From Chlorokybus atmophyticus (Eukaryota > Plantae > Mesostigma and Chlorokybus algae), in the NCBI GenBank assembly GCA_009103225.1, contig RHPI01002836.1, positions 301,515-358,349 on the forward strand: a stretch of 56,835 bases of DNA, read 5' to 3'. Shown here one piece after another: positions 24,614 to 34,863 of the stretch (position 1 is its first letter; every line of letters starts with the position of its first letter). The notes beneath the pieces are model-generated. The model was not told the origin of the DNA and searched no databases. It worked only from the letters and a program-made list of their open reading frames with translations. Both the position numbers and the translations under genes were made by a program.

Positions 24614-25058
24614 ATGGAGGCGACCTATGACAAGGGGCAGATTGCAAAGCTGGACACCGACAACTACAACACATGGTGCGTGGAGATGAAGGCCTTGCTC
24701 ATCCATAAGAAGGTGTGGAAGTATGTTGATCCGAAGGCACCACCACCAACACCAGGAGCGAACACTGTGTGGTCAGAGCATTCAGTAGAAGCACACTCTT
24801 TGCTTGTGTTGAACTGCAAACCGCATCACTTTCCCATGCTCACTGCATGTGATGATGGTAGACAAGCTTGGGAAAAGCTATCAGCCGTTTTCAGAGCCAA
24901 GAACAAGCCAGAAAATTGCAGCTACGCAAGCAGCTGAGCGCACTCAGGAAGAAGGCAGCAGAACCCATCACAAAGTATGTTGCACGCGCGAGAGAGCTGT
25001 GGGCGGACCTTATCAACGTCGGCCACGACATGGGGGAGACGGAGGTTGTGCTGGCGCT
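24614..25058 (+). pseudogene. Family B gag N-terminus (in the inverted segment)
   Basis: MEATYDKGQIAKLDTDNYNTWCVEMKALL, typical Copia gag start; one frameshift. Confidence 0.85.
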
Positions 25059-25829
25059 CCCTTATGAGTAACAGGCTCGACCTTGGCCTTCTTCTTCATT
25101 CTCTTTACAACCGGTGCTGACTTGGACACCTCCACCTTCGTCTTCTTGTGCACGTCCGCACCTGTGACGGTGCTCGTGCCTTGTCACCTGTGAGTTGGTC
25201 CAATCCACAACCCTCTCACCAAGACACGGTATTCACACCGGAACCTTGCCCCCTCTGCCAAGCACACACGCGCGCCCCGCCACTCGCGTACGCACGCGCA
25301 TGCGCTTGAAGCTACACACCGACTTGTGTAGCGCCTTGGATCGTCACACAAGCAAGCACACACCAGTGGACACACGCTAGCAACCTCTTCTAGCCACCAC
25401 CAAGCTTGCACACAAGAAACTAGGGAGCTAAAGGTTGTATTGCAAGTTGTAGAATGTCACTTTTATACCTACCAGTCTGCACATGCTACTGTCTAGACGA
25501 TTCTAGCGCTAGACGGAACTAGAAGCTAAGATATTCTTGCATAATCTTGTAGTAAACTTTTAGACCTTTCCAACGCACCAAAGATCTCCTAATTTGCTGC
25601 TCATATGGTCAAGTTATACTACTTGGCGCCAGGCCCTTCCAGAAATCTGGTCGAGCCCTTCTCGACTGGCCCTCCGTTTTCTGGCACCTTCCGGACTGGT
25701 CTTGGGGCCCCGGTCGATATCCGCGGCAGACTCATAACTCGCCGATATCCGCCACAAGTCATTAAAAACATGTACCTTACAAATAAGGCCTAAAACGGCC
25801 ATGAAAATCACAGAATTTGGCCTTGACTG

Positions 25830-28800
25830 TTACACTCCTCCCCCCCCAGGTGAGCTTCGTCCTCGAAGCTCGCGAGGTTGTCGTCGAGCAAGATAGGCAC
25901 GCACAACGTCTTGAGCATTAGTCAAGTGTGCCTCTGGCTCCCAGGATGCTTCATGCAACGGATAGCCCTTCCATTTCACTAAGAACTTGCGTACGCCATG
26001 CACAAACTTCTCACCAAGGATGTCTTCTACCTCCCACTCGGGTTCACCGTCTGTGCCAACTTCGGGGGGCGGCCTTTCTGGTGGTTGTCCTCGATATGCT
26101 TTTAGAAGGGAGACGTGAAAAACGGGGTGCACACGCATGGTGTCGGGTAGCTCCAACTTGTACGCCACGTCCGAGATAACTTTGCTGACCTTAAATGGTC
26201 CCAACCAGCGTTCATTCAGCTTGCGAACTCCCGTACGCACCTGGACGTGCTTCGCGGAGAGTAACACAATGTCGCCTTCCTGAAACGTGAGGTGTCGGCG
26301 ATGCGCGTCCGCGTACTGCTTCTGCCGATTTTGTGCCACCAATAACGCATCCCTAGCTGCCTTGTTAATGTCCGCGCACTTTGTAAGGAAGTCATTAGCT
26401 GCCTCCACACGCACGTCATGTCGTCGCGGTGTCCATGCCGTCAACGGTGTCAATGGATGTTGCCCGTAGTTCATAAGGAAGGGAGTGACACCTGTGCTTG
26501 CATTGTGGTGGTTGTTGATCGCAAACTCAACCAACTCAAGCAGCTCCTCCCAATTGTCTTGTCGCGCGTTAACGTAGCAACGCAGCATGTCCTCGATCAC
26601 ACGGTTGGCCCGCTCCGTTTGCCCATCAGTTTGCGGGTGGAATGCCGTGCTAAACTTCAGTGTGGTACCCAGTGCACTATGCAGCGCCTCCCAAAACTTA
26701 CTTGTAAAGCGCGGGTCGCGATCACTCACAATGCTTCGTGGTAATCCATGAGAACGAAATACATGCTTCACGAACAAGCGTGCTGCCTCCGGTGCCGTGC
26801 AAGACTCACTACACGGTGCCAAGCGTACCATTTTGCTGGTTTTATCGACGAACACAAGTATAGCGTCGTACCCTTCTTTTGTCTTTGGTAGCCCCGTGAT
26901 AAAGTCCATGGTAACTTGCTCCCACTTGGACAATGGCACAGGGAGAGGTTGCAGCAACCCACCTGGCTTTTGGTTGCTTGCCTTCACCCTTTGGCATGCG
27001 TCGCACAACGCCACGTAGTCGCGCACATCGCGATGCATCTCTCGCCAGTAAAAACGCTGTTTTAAGCTTGCCAAAGTCCTTTCCAACCCTTGGTGACCAG
27101 CAATGGGCACATCATGAGCTTCCTTCAGCAACTTCACACGGATATGCGCGACGTTGGGGATGTACAAGCGCCCATGGTGCCACAGCAGCCCGTCGCGCAT
27201 TGACCAGTGCCCACTTGTGTCCGTAGCTGTATTTTCCAGCTCTTGCAACACTTTCATACCCTCCGTGTCTTCACGAAGCACTTGCCGAATCTGGTCGGTC
27301 CACTCGGGCTGCACTTGAGCGAGTGCCTCAATTGCATTAAGCCGGCTCAGCGCGTCAGCAACACCATTTGACGTACCGGGCTTGTACTTGATATCGAAGT
27401 CAAAAAGTTGAAAGAACTCAAGCCATCGAGCTTGTCTGCGACTCAGATGAGGTTGTGTTTGTAAGTACCTCAGTGGAGAGTGATCCGTCTCAAGCACGAA
27501 CTTTTTGCCTTCCAAAAAACAACGCCATTGTCGTAGCGCCATGACTTGCGCTAAAAGTTCCTTCTCGTGCACGGGGTAATTCAGCTCCGCACCACGCATC
27601 TTCTTGCTGAAGAATGCTACTGGTTGAAGGCCGTTGCCATGGTCTTGCTGCAAAACAGCTCCTACGGCTGTGTCGGATGCGTCGCAAGCCAAAATAAATG
27701 TCTTTTCCATGTTGGGGTGAGCCAGGACTGGTGCCTCCGTCAGCGCCTTCTTCAACGCAGCAAATGCATGTTCCTCTGTTGCTGACCAGCTCCAATGCTT
27801 TCCCTTCTTGAGTAGGGTAGTCAAGGGAGCAGCTATGCGCGAAAACCCCATGATAAACTTGCGATAATACCCCGCAAGGCCTAAAAAGGACATCACCTCC
27901 TTTACATTGGTCGGGGCAGCCCACTCGCGCACCACCTGCACTTTGTTGGGGTCCGGCTTGATGCCTTCATGCGACACAATGTGGCCTAGGTACTCCACCT
28001 CTCGAAGCAAGAATTTGCACTTTTGTAGCTGGGCGTACAACTTGTGTTCGCGCAAACGCTGCAACACGCGCCGTAGAAGTGCCACGTGCTCCTCCTTTGT
28101 TGTCGCGTACACCAAAATGTCGTCGAGGTACACGAGGACTCCCTTACCAATCAAGTCAGCAAAAACGCTGTTCATAAGCGTTTGAAATGTTGCCGGTGCG
28201 TTCGTAAGTCCGAAGGACATGACCAACCACTCGTAGTGCCCATAACGTGTGTTAAAAGCTGTTTTCTCCACATCCTCGGGCGCGATGCGAATTTGGTGAT
28301 AACCTCCAGCAAGATCAAGTGTTGTGAAGTACTGCGCACCTTGCAATTGCTCCAGCAACTCGTCGATACGTGGGAGTGGAAAGCAATTCCTCTTCGTGAT
28401 GTTGTTGAGAGCTCGGTAGTCGACGCACATGCGCAAGCTCCCGTTCTTCTTTCGTACAAACAAAATAGGTGCACCATAGGGGGACTTACTAGGCCTGATG
28501 TAGCCTCTTTTCAGCAAGTCCGCCACCTGCCTCTCGGCCTCTTCCAGTTCCAAAGGTGACAACTTGTATACGGGTCGATACGGTGGCTTGTGCACGCCCT
28601 CAATCAGCTCCACACGGTGGTCTACGCTCCGTGGAGGTGGTAGACCAGATGGAAGTCCGTCCACCATGATATCTTGGTATTCTTTAACAAGTTTACACAC
28701 CTCGGGGTCCATAGTAGCCGTCTGAACATCGTCACTCAGCTCCGGTGCTGACTTTGCAGTGTTTTCGCGCACCACGCACAACCATGCAGCCTTTGCCTTC

Positions 28801-29363
28801 CGTGGAGACAATAACTTCCTCGATTGCACATAAGAGATCTGGGCAATTGTCGTACCACCTAATTGTGCGTGCCGCGCCTCGATGACGTCCGATGCAGCTT
28901 GAATGGACTCTCCACCGTTTCGCTCGATGGTGAGCACGCGCTTCCTCCAATTGATGGCTGGATTATGTTGCCATAGCCACGGTAGTCCCAAAATCCCATC
29001 AAACCCGTTCCGTAGGGTGATGCAGCAAAACCGCATGCTCTCCTTCATCTTCCCAATGCAAACGCACAACTCTTTGGTCATAAACGCAGCGCCATCACCT
29101 TCAGAGGGTGGCTCTCCATCAGCGAGCTTCACTTCACCTCCTCGTAATGACGAAAGCCAACCGTAACGCCGCGCAATATCAATACTCATAAAGTTGCTGT
29201 TGGCACCGCTATCAATCATGAGCTTACACTCTCTCCATCGTCCTTGGTCATCGCAAATGTGTGCTCGAAGCCCGAAGTACTTTGTTGTCTCCTCGTTTGC
29301 ATAACTCACAACCATTGGCGCGTTCAAAGCCATCTCTTCTTGCTTGTTTAATGGAAATGTCAC
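25830..29363 (-). CDS. pol: Chromovirus Pol: protease, RT, RNase H, integrase, chromodomain
   Basis: 1177-aa ORF: MIDSGA, YLDD, CDAS, H-H-C-C zinc finger, FHPQTDGQTER, GPF, WEVEDIL..FLVKWKGY..SWEP. Confidence 0.97.
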   Translation of the reverse strand: MTFPLNKQEEMALNAPMVVSYANEETTKYFGLRAHICDDQGRWRECKLMIDSGANSNFMSIDIARRYGWLSSLRGGEVKLADGEPPSEGDGAAFMTKELCVCIGKMKESMRFCCITLRNGFDGILGLPWLWQHNPAINWRKRVLTIERNGGESIQAASDVIEARHAQLGGTTIAQISYVQSRKLLSPRKAKAAWLCVVRENTAKSAPELSDDVQTATMDPEVCKLVKEYQDIMVDGLPSGLPPPRSVDHRVELIEGVHKPPYRPVYKLSPLELEEAERQVADLLKRGYIRPSKSPYGAPILFVRKKNGSLRMCVDYRALNNITKRNCFPLPRIDELLEQLQGAQYFTTLDLAGGYHQIRIAPEDVEKTAFNTRYGHYEWLVMSFGLTNAPATFQTLMNSVFADLIGKGVLVYLDDILVYATTKEEHVALLRRVLQRLREHKLYAQLQKCKFLLREVEYLGHIVSHEGIKPDPNKVQVVREWAAPTNVKEVMSFLGLAGYYRKFIMGFSRIAAPLTTLLKKGKHWSWSATEEHAFAALKKALTEAPVLAHPNMEKTFILACDASDTAVGAVLQQDHGNGLQPVAFFSKKMRGAELNYPVHEKELLAQVMALRQWRCFLEGKKFVLETDHSPLRYLQTQPHLSRRQARWLEFFQLFDFDIKYKPGTSNGVADALSRLNAIEALAQVQPEWTDQIRQVLREDTEGMKVLQELENTATDTSGHWSMRDGLLWHHGRLYIPNVAHIRVKLLKEAHDVPIAGHQGLERTLASLKQRFYWREMHRDVRDYVALCDACQRVKASNQKPGGLLQPLPVPLSKWEQVTMDFITGLPKTKEGYDAILVFVDKTSKMVRLAPCSESCTAPEAARLFVKHVFRSHGLPRSIVSDRDPRFTSKFWEALHSALGTTLKFSTAFHPQTDGQTERANRVIEDMLRCYVNARQDNWEELLELVEFAINNHHNASTGVTPFLMNYGQHPLTPLTAWTPRRHDVRVEAANDFLTKCADINKAARDALLVAQNRQKQYADAHRRHLTFQEGDIVLLSAKHVQVRTGVRKLNERWLGPFKVSKVISDVAYKLELPDTMRVHPVFHVSLLKAYRGQPPERPPPEVGTDGEPEWEVEDILGEKFVHGVRKFLVKWKGYPLHEASWEPEAHLTNAQDVVRAYLARRQPRELRGRSSPGGGGV

Positions 29364-29416
29364 AGCATCCGTCCGTGCATGAGGCTCCTTCCTATCCCCA
29401 GCAGTAGCCTCCTCAC

Positions 29417-30493
29417 CTACTGGGGGAAGTCGTTTTCCTGCTCCACGCCATTTTGCTCCATGGTGTTGACGCGACGATCACGGCGAGGGTTGCCATCCGG
29501 TGTTGGCCTTTGCGTGCTTCGTTTGGGGCATCCGTACGCCAAATGCTCCGTCGACCCACACGCATAACACTTGCGCACACCTTTACCTCTTTCACCACGT
29601 CCGCCGTGCTTCGCCTCACTTCCATGCGTGTGTATAGCACCCACCTCCATTGGTGCAGGCCCAGAGTCAGCTCCACCTCCATTGGCAAGTGCTGGACTTG
29701 GTTCTCCTCGTCTCCATGCATGTTGAAAGCCTCCCCGGGGCTGATCACCATGCCTTTGCCTCCAGTCAGTGTTTCTTGTGGTGGACTTGAAGTACAACGC
29801 GTCGAGACGCTCCGCGATGCGTATAGCCTCCGCGAGTGTCTTCGGGTCCCGTAGCTCCACTTCTTTACGCCCCAAAGGTTTTAAACCACGTGTATACCTG
29901 TCCAACTGCTCCTCCTCGGTCATATTGGGTATGGACATCACCAATCGCTGAAACGCGGCCGTGTACGCCATCACCGACCCCATTTGCACAAGGGCTGCAA
30001 GTTTGTCGCGTGCGGCCTTCACGCTCTCAACGGGAACAAATTGATGCCTGACCTCCAGTGCCAACTCTTCCATGGTGGTCAATGGTAGCGCCAACCCGTT
30101 TGCAACACGCGTACATCGATGCCTCCACCACACAAGTGCTGCACCTTCAAGCAATGTCGCTGCAACCTCCACGTGCAGATGCGTGGGCACCTCCGTGAGC
30201 TTCAACCAAGACGATACTTGAAAAATCCATTCATCCACTGCATCTCCATCACGTTGACCCCTGAATGGCTTGGGCTTTGGCACCTTCACATGCACGCGCG
30301 AGCTTGATGCCATGGGAATTTGTACACGCGCCATCGCATGCTCATACGCCTCGCGTTGTGCTTGTGCCGCCGCTTGAGTGTGATGAAGCTCTTCCCTCAG
30401 TGCCAAGATGGCAGCTTGAAGCTCTTCCATGCGAGCATCCTCCATCTCCACTAACACACTACACTCCGCTTCCGAGTGTAAACGCCCACACAC
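29417..30493 (-). CDS. gag: Chromovirus Gag with CCHC zinc knuckle
   Basis: 358-aa ORF; capsid-like region; CYACGSTEHLAYGC. Confidence 0.95.
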   Translation of the reverse strand: MCGRLHSEAECSVLVEMEDARMEELQAAILALREELHHTQAAAQAQREAYEHAMARVQIPMASSSRVHVKVPKPKPFRGQRDGDAVDEWIFQVSSWLKLTEVPTHLHVEVAATLLEGAALVWWRHRCTRVANGLALPLTTMEELALEVRHQFVPVESVKAARDKLAALVQMGSVMAYTAAFQRLVMSIPNMTEEEQLDRYTRGLKPLGRKEVELRDPKTLAEAIRIAERLDALYFKSTTRNTDWRQRHGDQPRGGFQHAWRRGEPSPALANGGGADSGPAPMEVGAIHTHGSEAKHGGRGERGKGVRKCYACGSTEHLAYGCPKRSTQRPTPDGNPRRDRRVNTMEQNGVEQENDFPQ

Positions 30494-31204
30494 TTCCTAT
30501 CTCACCTTCGTAAACCGTGCTCCGATACCAGTTGTGACGGTGCTCGTGCCTTGTCACCTGTGAGTTGGTCCAATCCACAACCCTCTCACCAAGACACGGT
30601 ATTCACACCGGAACCTTGCCCCCTCTGCCAAGCACACACGCGCGCCCCGCCACTCGCGTACGCACGCGCTTGCGCTCGAAGCTACACACCGACTTGTGTA
30701 GCGCCTTGGATCGTCACACAAGCAAGCACACACCAGTGGACACACGCTAGCAACCTCTTCTAGCCACCACCAAGCTTGCACACAAGAAACTAGTGAGCTA
30801 AAGGTTGTATTGCAAGTTGTAGAATGTCACTTTTATACCTACCAGTCTGCACATGCTACTGTCTAGACGATTCTAGCGCTAGACGGAACTAGAAGCTAAG
30901 ATATTCTTGCATAATCTTGTAGTAAACTTTTAGACCTTTCCAACGCACCAAAGATCTCCTAATTTGCTGCTCATATGGTCAAGTTATACTACTTGGCGCC
31001 AGGCCCTTCCAGAAATCTGGTCGAGCCCTTCTCGACTGGCCCTCCGTTTTCTGGCACCTTCCGGACTGGTCTTGGGGCCCCGGTCGATATCCGCGGCAGA
31101 CTCATAACTCGCCGATATCCGCCACAAGTCATTAAAAACATGTACCTTACAAATAAGGCCTAAAACGGCCATGAAAATCACAGAATTCGGCCTTGACTGT
31201 TACA

Positions 31205-33017
31205 GCACCCTTGACCTCCTTAATAATGTAGAGCCCTCCAACGTTGATGCCAACCAACTCTGTGACACCACGCAGCACTACCCTTCCTATGTCCCCACTA
31301 AACACTGTAACAGCACCAACTCTCGCCGCGATGCGCACAGAGAATAGGCTAACCTCTAGCCCTGGGACATACAAAACCTCTCTCAACAACATTTGCCTCG
31401 TCCTTCCTCCAACCGAGGACAGGATTTTGGCTTCTCCTACACCAATCGCGAAGACCTCCGTCTTGCCGAACTTCACCTTCATAGGTTTTTCCAAGACCTT
31501 GTACTTCCCCAACTTCTCACGATCACCCGTCATATGCCTCGTGCAACCCGAGTCCAGCACCCAACCAGCTGCCTCACCATCCGTTGTTGCATGAAAGGCA
31601 ATAGGCGTTTCTCGAACACGTCCCGTCATGGCATGATGCTTCTCTTCACCACGCTCCTCTTCGTGCTGCTTCCTCATCGAGCAATGCACCCTGATGTGAC
31701 CCTTCTTCCCGCAATAGTAGCAGACCCTGTCACTCCTTGACGCTCCTCTACCACCACCACTAGAACCGCCACCATCACCACTGAACGCCCAGACCCATGC
31801 TGAAAACGATCAGTACCTCTTCCTGAAGTCGCTGACAAAGCCAACGCCTCTGGGCCTTCCTCATGCTTCTTCGCCAGCCTCGACTCCACCTGCAGCAATC
31901 TTGGAACCACCTTGTCCACCGTGGGTTCTGCCTCCAAGCCCTCCAAGACCGTGATTATCGTGTCATAGTCTTCAGGCAACCCAGACAGTACTTGCCACAC
32001 CAATTCGGACTCTTTCACCTCATAGCCAACGCCTTGAAGGTCCTTCTGCAACTCTCGTGCACGCGACACATACTTGGTAAGAGGCTCCGCTGCGCCTTGC
32101 TTCTTCAACCAGCGAGCTCTCTCTTTAGCTGCACCTTCCTCGCGCTATTCTTCGCCTTGAAGTGCGATGCCAATTTCTCCCAAGCTTCTCGTGCAGTCTT
32201 GCAGCCATCCACCATCACCAAGTGATGATCCTTCATGTTGAGACCGATCAGGGCAAGCGCTCTCCCACTTTGCTGCTTAAACACCGAACTCTGCCTTGTA
32301 GACATAGGGTCAGCCTCCTCCGGGTCCACCCACTCCCACAAGTCTTTGTGTACCAGCAACATCTTCATGCGCACGCTCCATGTGTTGTAGTTGTCCATGT
32401 CCAAAGGCTCCACGGTCACCTTGTCGTAGTTGGTTGCCATCTTCCAGGACTCAACCTCACAAGATTTAGCTAGAACTCCTTACCTAGCCTACTGCCGTTA
32501 TCACGCCTCTTGACACTGGCTAGACCAGCGTAGTGTGGGCCCATAACCTGTCGAGATTCGGACACTACTGACCATGCATGGAGTTGGTGCAAGCACAAGT
32601 ACACACACTCTACCAGAGCATACACACAAGGCTGATCCAAAAGGCTTTCTAAGGATTACAACAAAGTCACACCGCGGGCTTTTATACCCGCCAGTTCTGC
32701 ACCTGTCTACTCTAGAAGCCACCACGACTTCTACACTCAACCGATTTCTGCGCTCCAAGTTGCAACACGTAGCTACTTTTGAGAGCTTTCCAACAAGCTA
32801 CAACACGCGCCATACAATGACGTAACCACCGAGCTACAACGTTTCTTCTACAGCGCCTGGAAGTCTCCAGACTCCGGACTCGACTCCGCGCCTGGAACCT
32901 TCTCGACTGAAGTCCTCGCCTGGACCTTTCTCGACTGGAACCTTCTCGCGCCTGAATCTTCTCGCGGCTATTCTTATCCACAAGGCAAGCTGACCGGATA
33001 CAAGAATATCCTCAACA
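31205..33017 (-). mobile_element. Family A element 5' part: LTR, PBS, gag, zinc knuckle, protease
   Basis: LTR 33017-32549; gag from 32440 (MATNYDKVTVEPLD); CYYCGKKGHIRVHC; WVLDSGCTRHM; frameshifted. Confidence 0.9.
32527..32548 (-). promoter_or_regulatory. Copia-type PBS complementary to the tRNAiMet anticodon arm
   Basis: GGTTATGGGCCCAC directly after the LTR; same motif at 33106-33085 for family B. Confidence 0.85.
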
Positions 33018-33106
33018 AGGCTCTGCTACCAACAAGCTACCGTAGTGTAACTACTATGCACACAAGCTAGTCTCACACTCCTCAAGCGTAGTGTGGGCCC
33101 ATAACC

Positions 33107-33530
33107 TGTTGAAGTACTAGCATGCACATGTAGTTGAGGCAAGCATGGACACACAGAGACAGAGCTACCACCACCAGAGCATACACAAGTCACATCACAT
33201 TCATCTATTACAAGTTGTCCGCTGGTTCTTATACCAGCCAGTTACACACACGTCTACGTTTGCAAGCACTGCGTAAGCTATACTTTGCCTTTTAACGCGC
33301 TCTAAGCTGCGTTGTTTTGCTTACAACCATAACTTCTCAACAAGCTCTTACACGCCTGATATGAGTAAATATACGCGGACATATGAAGCAGTTAGTAAGG
33401 CTCCAGTCTGGAGTCCGGAGTCTGGTCCGACGACGCCATCTTGCTAAGTCCGGACCTAGTGCTCGTCCTTACGACCTTCTACTCCTGTGTGGAGGGTCGA
33501 TGCTGATCGTATGTAGGAATACTCTCAACA
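33107..33530 (-). repeat. Family B copy 2 5' LTR (424 bp)
   Basis: Homologous to 2237-2700; followed by the PBS. Confidence 0.9.
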
Positions 33531-33758
33531 AAGGACCCTAAGCTGCTGTTTACCACTTGTGAGCGAGTCGACGAGTTGCTGAGGGTTGCATTTGACAAGC
33601 GCTGGGTCAAGTGGGAGGGAGACCACGAGGTCGTGTGGTGGTCAACGAAGAAGAAGCCAGGAGTGCAGTGGCGTGCTGAGTATCTGATGCCTGGCAAGGC
33701 AGCGCGCAGGGTTGCTTTGTGCGTGTTGCCTCAAGCTAATGCTGTAGTGGGGCTATAA
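33531..33758 (+). pseudogene. 3' remnant of an unidentified cargo ORF truncated by the B insertion/deletion
   Basis: Open frame from the LTR edge: KDPKLLFTTCERVDELLRVAFDKRWVKWEG... Confidence 0.35.
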
Positions 33759-33879
33759 GCAGCAAATTTGGCTAGCAGATTGTACATACATAATGTACTT
33801 GCACCGATAAACCATATCTTGGCCTTCTGCAAGTTTCTCTCCGGTTGCATTGCGAGTTGCCAACTGGCGTTGTTGTGCG

Positions 33880-34580
33880 GTTCTTGTGCATGCTTTTGAC
33901 AATTCGCATGACGATGAAACCATGCATGGTATAACTGCCACAAACAATAACGGTTTCTCGTGGTGATGCATCTTCCCAACACTGGCACAACAGTTGTGCC
34001 ATACTCGTCGCGAAAGTATGCACCATGCATGTCGTGATGGTTGGACCATGGTGGTAATGAATGTTGTGACCAACACTGGTGATGGCGTTCATGCCATACT
34101 GGTGATCGCGGTTTCCACCACACATGGCGTGATGGTTAGGCCGCCATGGTGACAACCGTCATGACCATGACTGGTATGAATGTAATGTCACAATGGTGTC
34201 TATCGGCATAACCATTAATGGTGTGACGGTCATGCCGCAGTGGCCATGGATACCAGTTACAGCCATACCAGTGTCGTCCGCGGACCAGCAACGAGGTGGT
34301 AACACACCATGCATGGTATGAAGATCACAGCCCATGGTGGTCTTAACCGTTTGCACCACAGCTGGTGTAACCTCACCACCATGACTGGTGCGGATTTATT
34401 TGCCACCATACTGTCGGTGAATCTTGGTTATAATCACACCAGTATGGTCCGCGAAGCAGCAACGAGGTGATAACATTGCACCATTAATGGTCGTCGGACG
34501 TTGCCACCATACTGTAGGCACATGGTCGTGAGTCTGGTCCTGACCCGTAATCTGGTGGTCACAACAGTTGTAACCACCTG
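33880..34580. repeat. Right subterminal repeats of the giant CMC element
   Basis: ACCATG/CATGGT and TGTTGTGACC motifs as on the left end. Confidence 0.7.
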
Positions 34581-34605
34581 TGGTTCGCGCTGACTTTTCC
34601 ATGTG
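34581..34605 (-). repeat. Right TIR of the giant CMC element
   Basis: Reverse complement CACATGGAAAAGTCAGCGCGAACCA; followed by CAC. Confidence 0.85.
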
Positions 34606-34863
34606 CACGGGCAGCGAGGTAGACTCACAACGGATCAGCTAGGTTCGAGGGACCTCATGGTCGGAAGTTCCAAGGTCTGGACTGGACCGCGAGGTTGGGT
34701 GGTCGTGACTTCCAACGTATGGCTAGGAAGTTGTGGGTGTAGGGTCGGACCTCCAACGTATCAGCTACGCGGGGTACCTACGAGGACTGTCCCGGAAATG
34801 TCCAGTCGTTAGGAGGGACTGATGCATGTAGCGCGGGAGAGTCGGATTTGTTGAAGAGGACTG

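Larger units (their letters stand above)
23702..25058. other. Inverted segment (1357 bp)
   Basis: Re-inverting restores B gag (ETEVVLAL|VAGLPAEYE) and the family A 3' region. Confidence 0.85.
25163..31204 (-). mobile_element. Structurally intact Ty3/Gypsy chromovirus
   Basis: 672-bp LTRs 25163-25834 and 30533-31204 (about 4 differences seen); TSD GCACC; PBS TGGTATCGGAGC (30530-30519); G-rich PPT at 25848-25835. Confidence 0.97.
7091..34605 (-). mobile_element. Giant CMC/CACTA-like DNA transposon with cargo genes and nested insertions
   Basis: TIRs 7091-7115 and 34581-34605 (24/25), 3-bp TSD CAC (7088-7090, 34606-34608), subterminal repeats at both ends, internal Tnp2-like transposase. Confidence 0.85.
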
